Below, piece by piece: positions 63,485 to 64,000 of a stretch of 64,000 bases of DNA; position 1 is the first letter of the stretch; each line of letters begins with the position of its first letter. Source of the stretch: the human T2T-CHM13v2.0 reference genome, Homo sapiens; the NCBI RefSeq assembly GCF_009914755.1, contig NC_060935.1; one strand, given 5' to 3'. The notes below the pieces were generated by a model. It searched no databases, was not told the DNA's origin, and was given only the letters and a program-made list of their open reading frames with translations. The position numbers and the translations under genes were made by a program.

Positions 63485-63750
63485 TTAAAAATGGGCAAAT
63501 GGTCTGAACAGACATTTCTCAAGAGAAGACATACAAATGGCCAACACATATATGGAAAAAAATGTTCAATATCAGTAATCATGGAAATGCAAATCAAACC
63601 CACAATGAGTTATCATCTCATACCAGTTAGGGTGGTTATTATCAAAAAGACAAAAAAACAACAAATGCTGGTGAGGATGCAGAGAAAAGGGGACTCTTAT
63701 ACATTATTGGTAGGAATGCAAACTAGTACAGCCACTATGGAGAACAGTAT
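63485..63750 (+). mobile_element. L1 ORF2 fragment
   Basis: KKCSISVIMEMQIKPTMSYHLIPVR. Confidence 0.85.
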
Positions 63751-64000
63751 GTGTGTAGTCCTGTTAAGTAAGCAACAATGAGGAGGGGTCCCAGCTGGGG
63801 AGGACCCAGGTGAGGAAGAACAATGAACAACTGTTCTGAGACATAGCTAATCAAACAACCTGAGGGCACAATGACTTCTATGGGCACAATGACTTCTTTC
63901 ACAGGTAGCCCCCTCCAGCACCACCCTATAAAACTTCCCTTCAGCCCCTGCCTCTTTGCAGACAGTGCCTTCTCTGCTGTGCTGCCCATTACAACCTTGC
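63751..64000 (+). mobile_element. LTR (probably ERV-L class) interrupting the L1, cut by the window end
   Basis: L1 homology stops abruptly; U3-like sequence with CTATAAAA at ~63926-63933. Confidence 0.55.

Overview
Human (primate) genomic DNA, recognisable as the 11q23.3 Ig-superfamily cluster. It contains the complete SCN2B gene (minus strand, 4 coding exons, 215 aa, ~4.1 kb 3'UTR) and all 9 coding exons of JAML/AMICA1 (minus strand, 394 aa; its upstream non-coding exon is probably beyond the window). It also holds an alternative JAML first coding exon (MVSG), an intronic HSPE1 processed pseudogene, ~30 Alus, L1PB/L2/MIR fragments and a full-length THE1 MaLR provirus nested in an L1. No SCN4B coding sequence was found; from known gene order it should lie just left of base 1. 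Strongest unexplained structure: (1) JAML's two Ig domains are a fossil intragenic duplication, with ~1.4 kb of still-alignable exon plus intron, an abandoned poison acceptor and a ghost copy of the alternative first exon; (2) an SCN2B uORF cassette whose overlap with the start codon depends on a T9 homopolymer; (3) read-through/intronic-polyA routes to soluble JAML and SCN2B forms; (4) several local templated duplications; (5) more tentatively, exon-like debris of a decayed gene between SCN2B and SCN4B. Exon coordinates were checked by hand against splice sites and reading phase. Repeat boundaries are approximate and subfamily calls are by eye.
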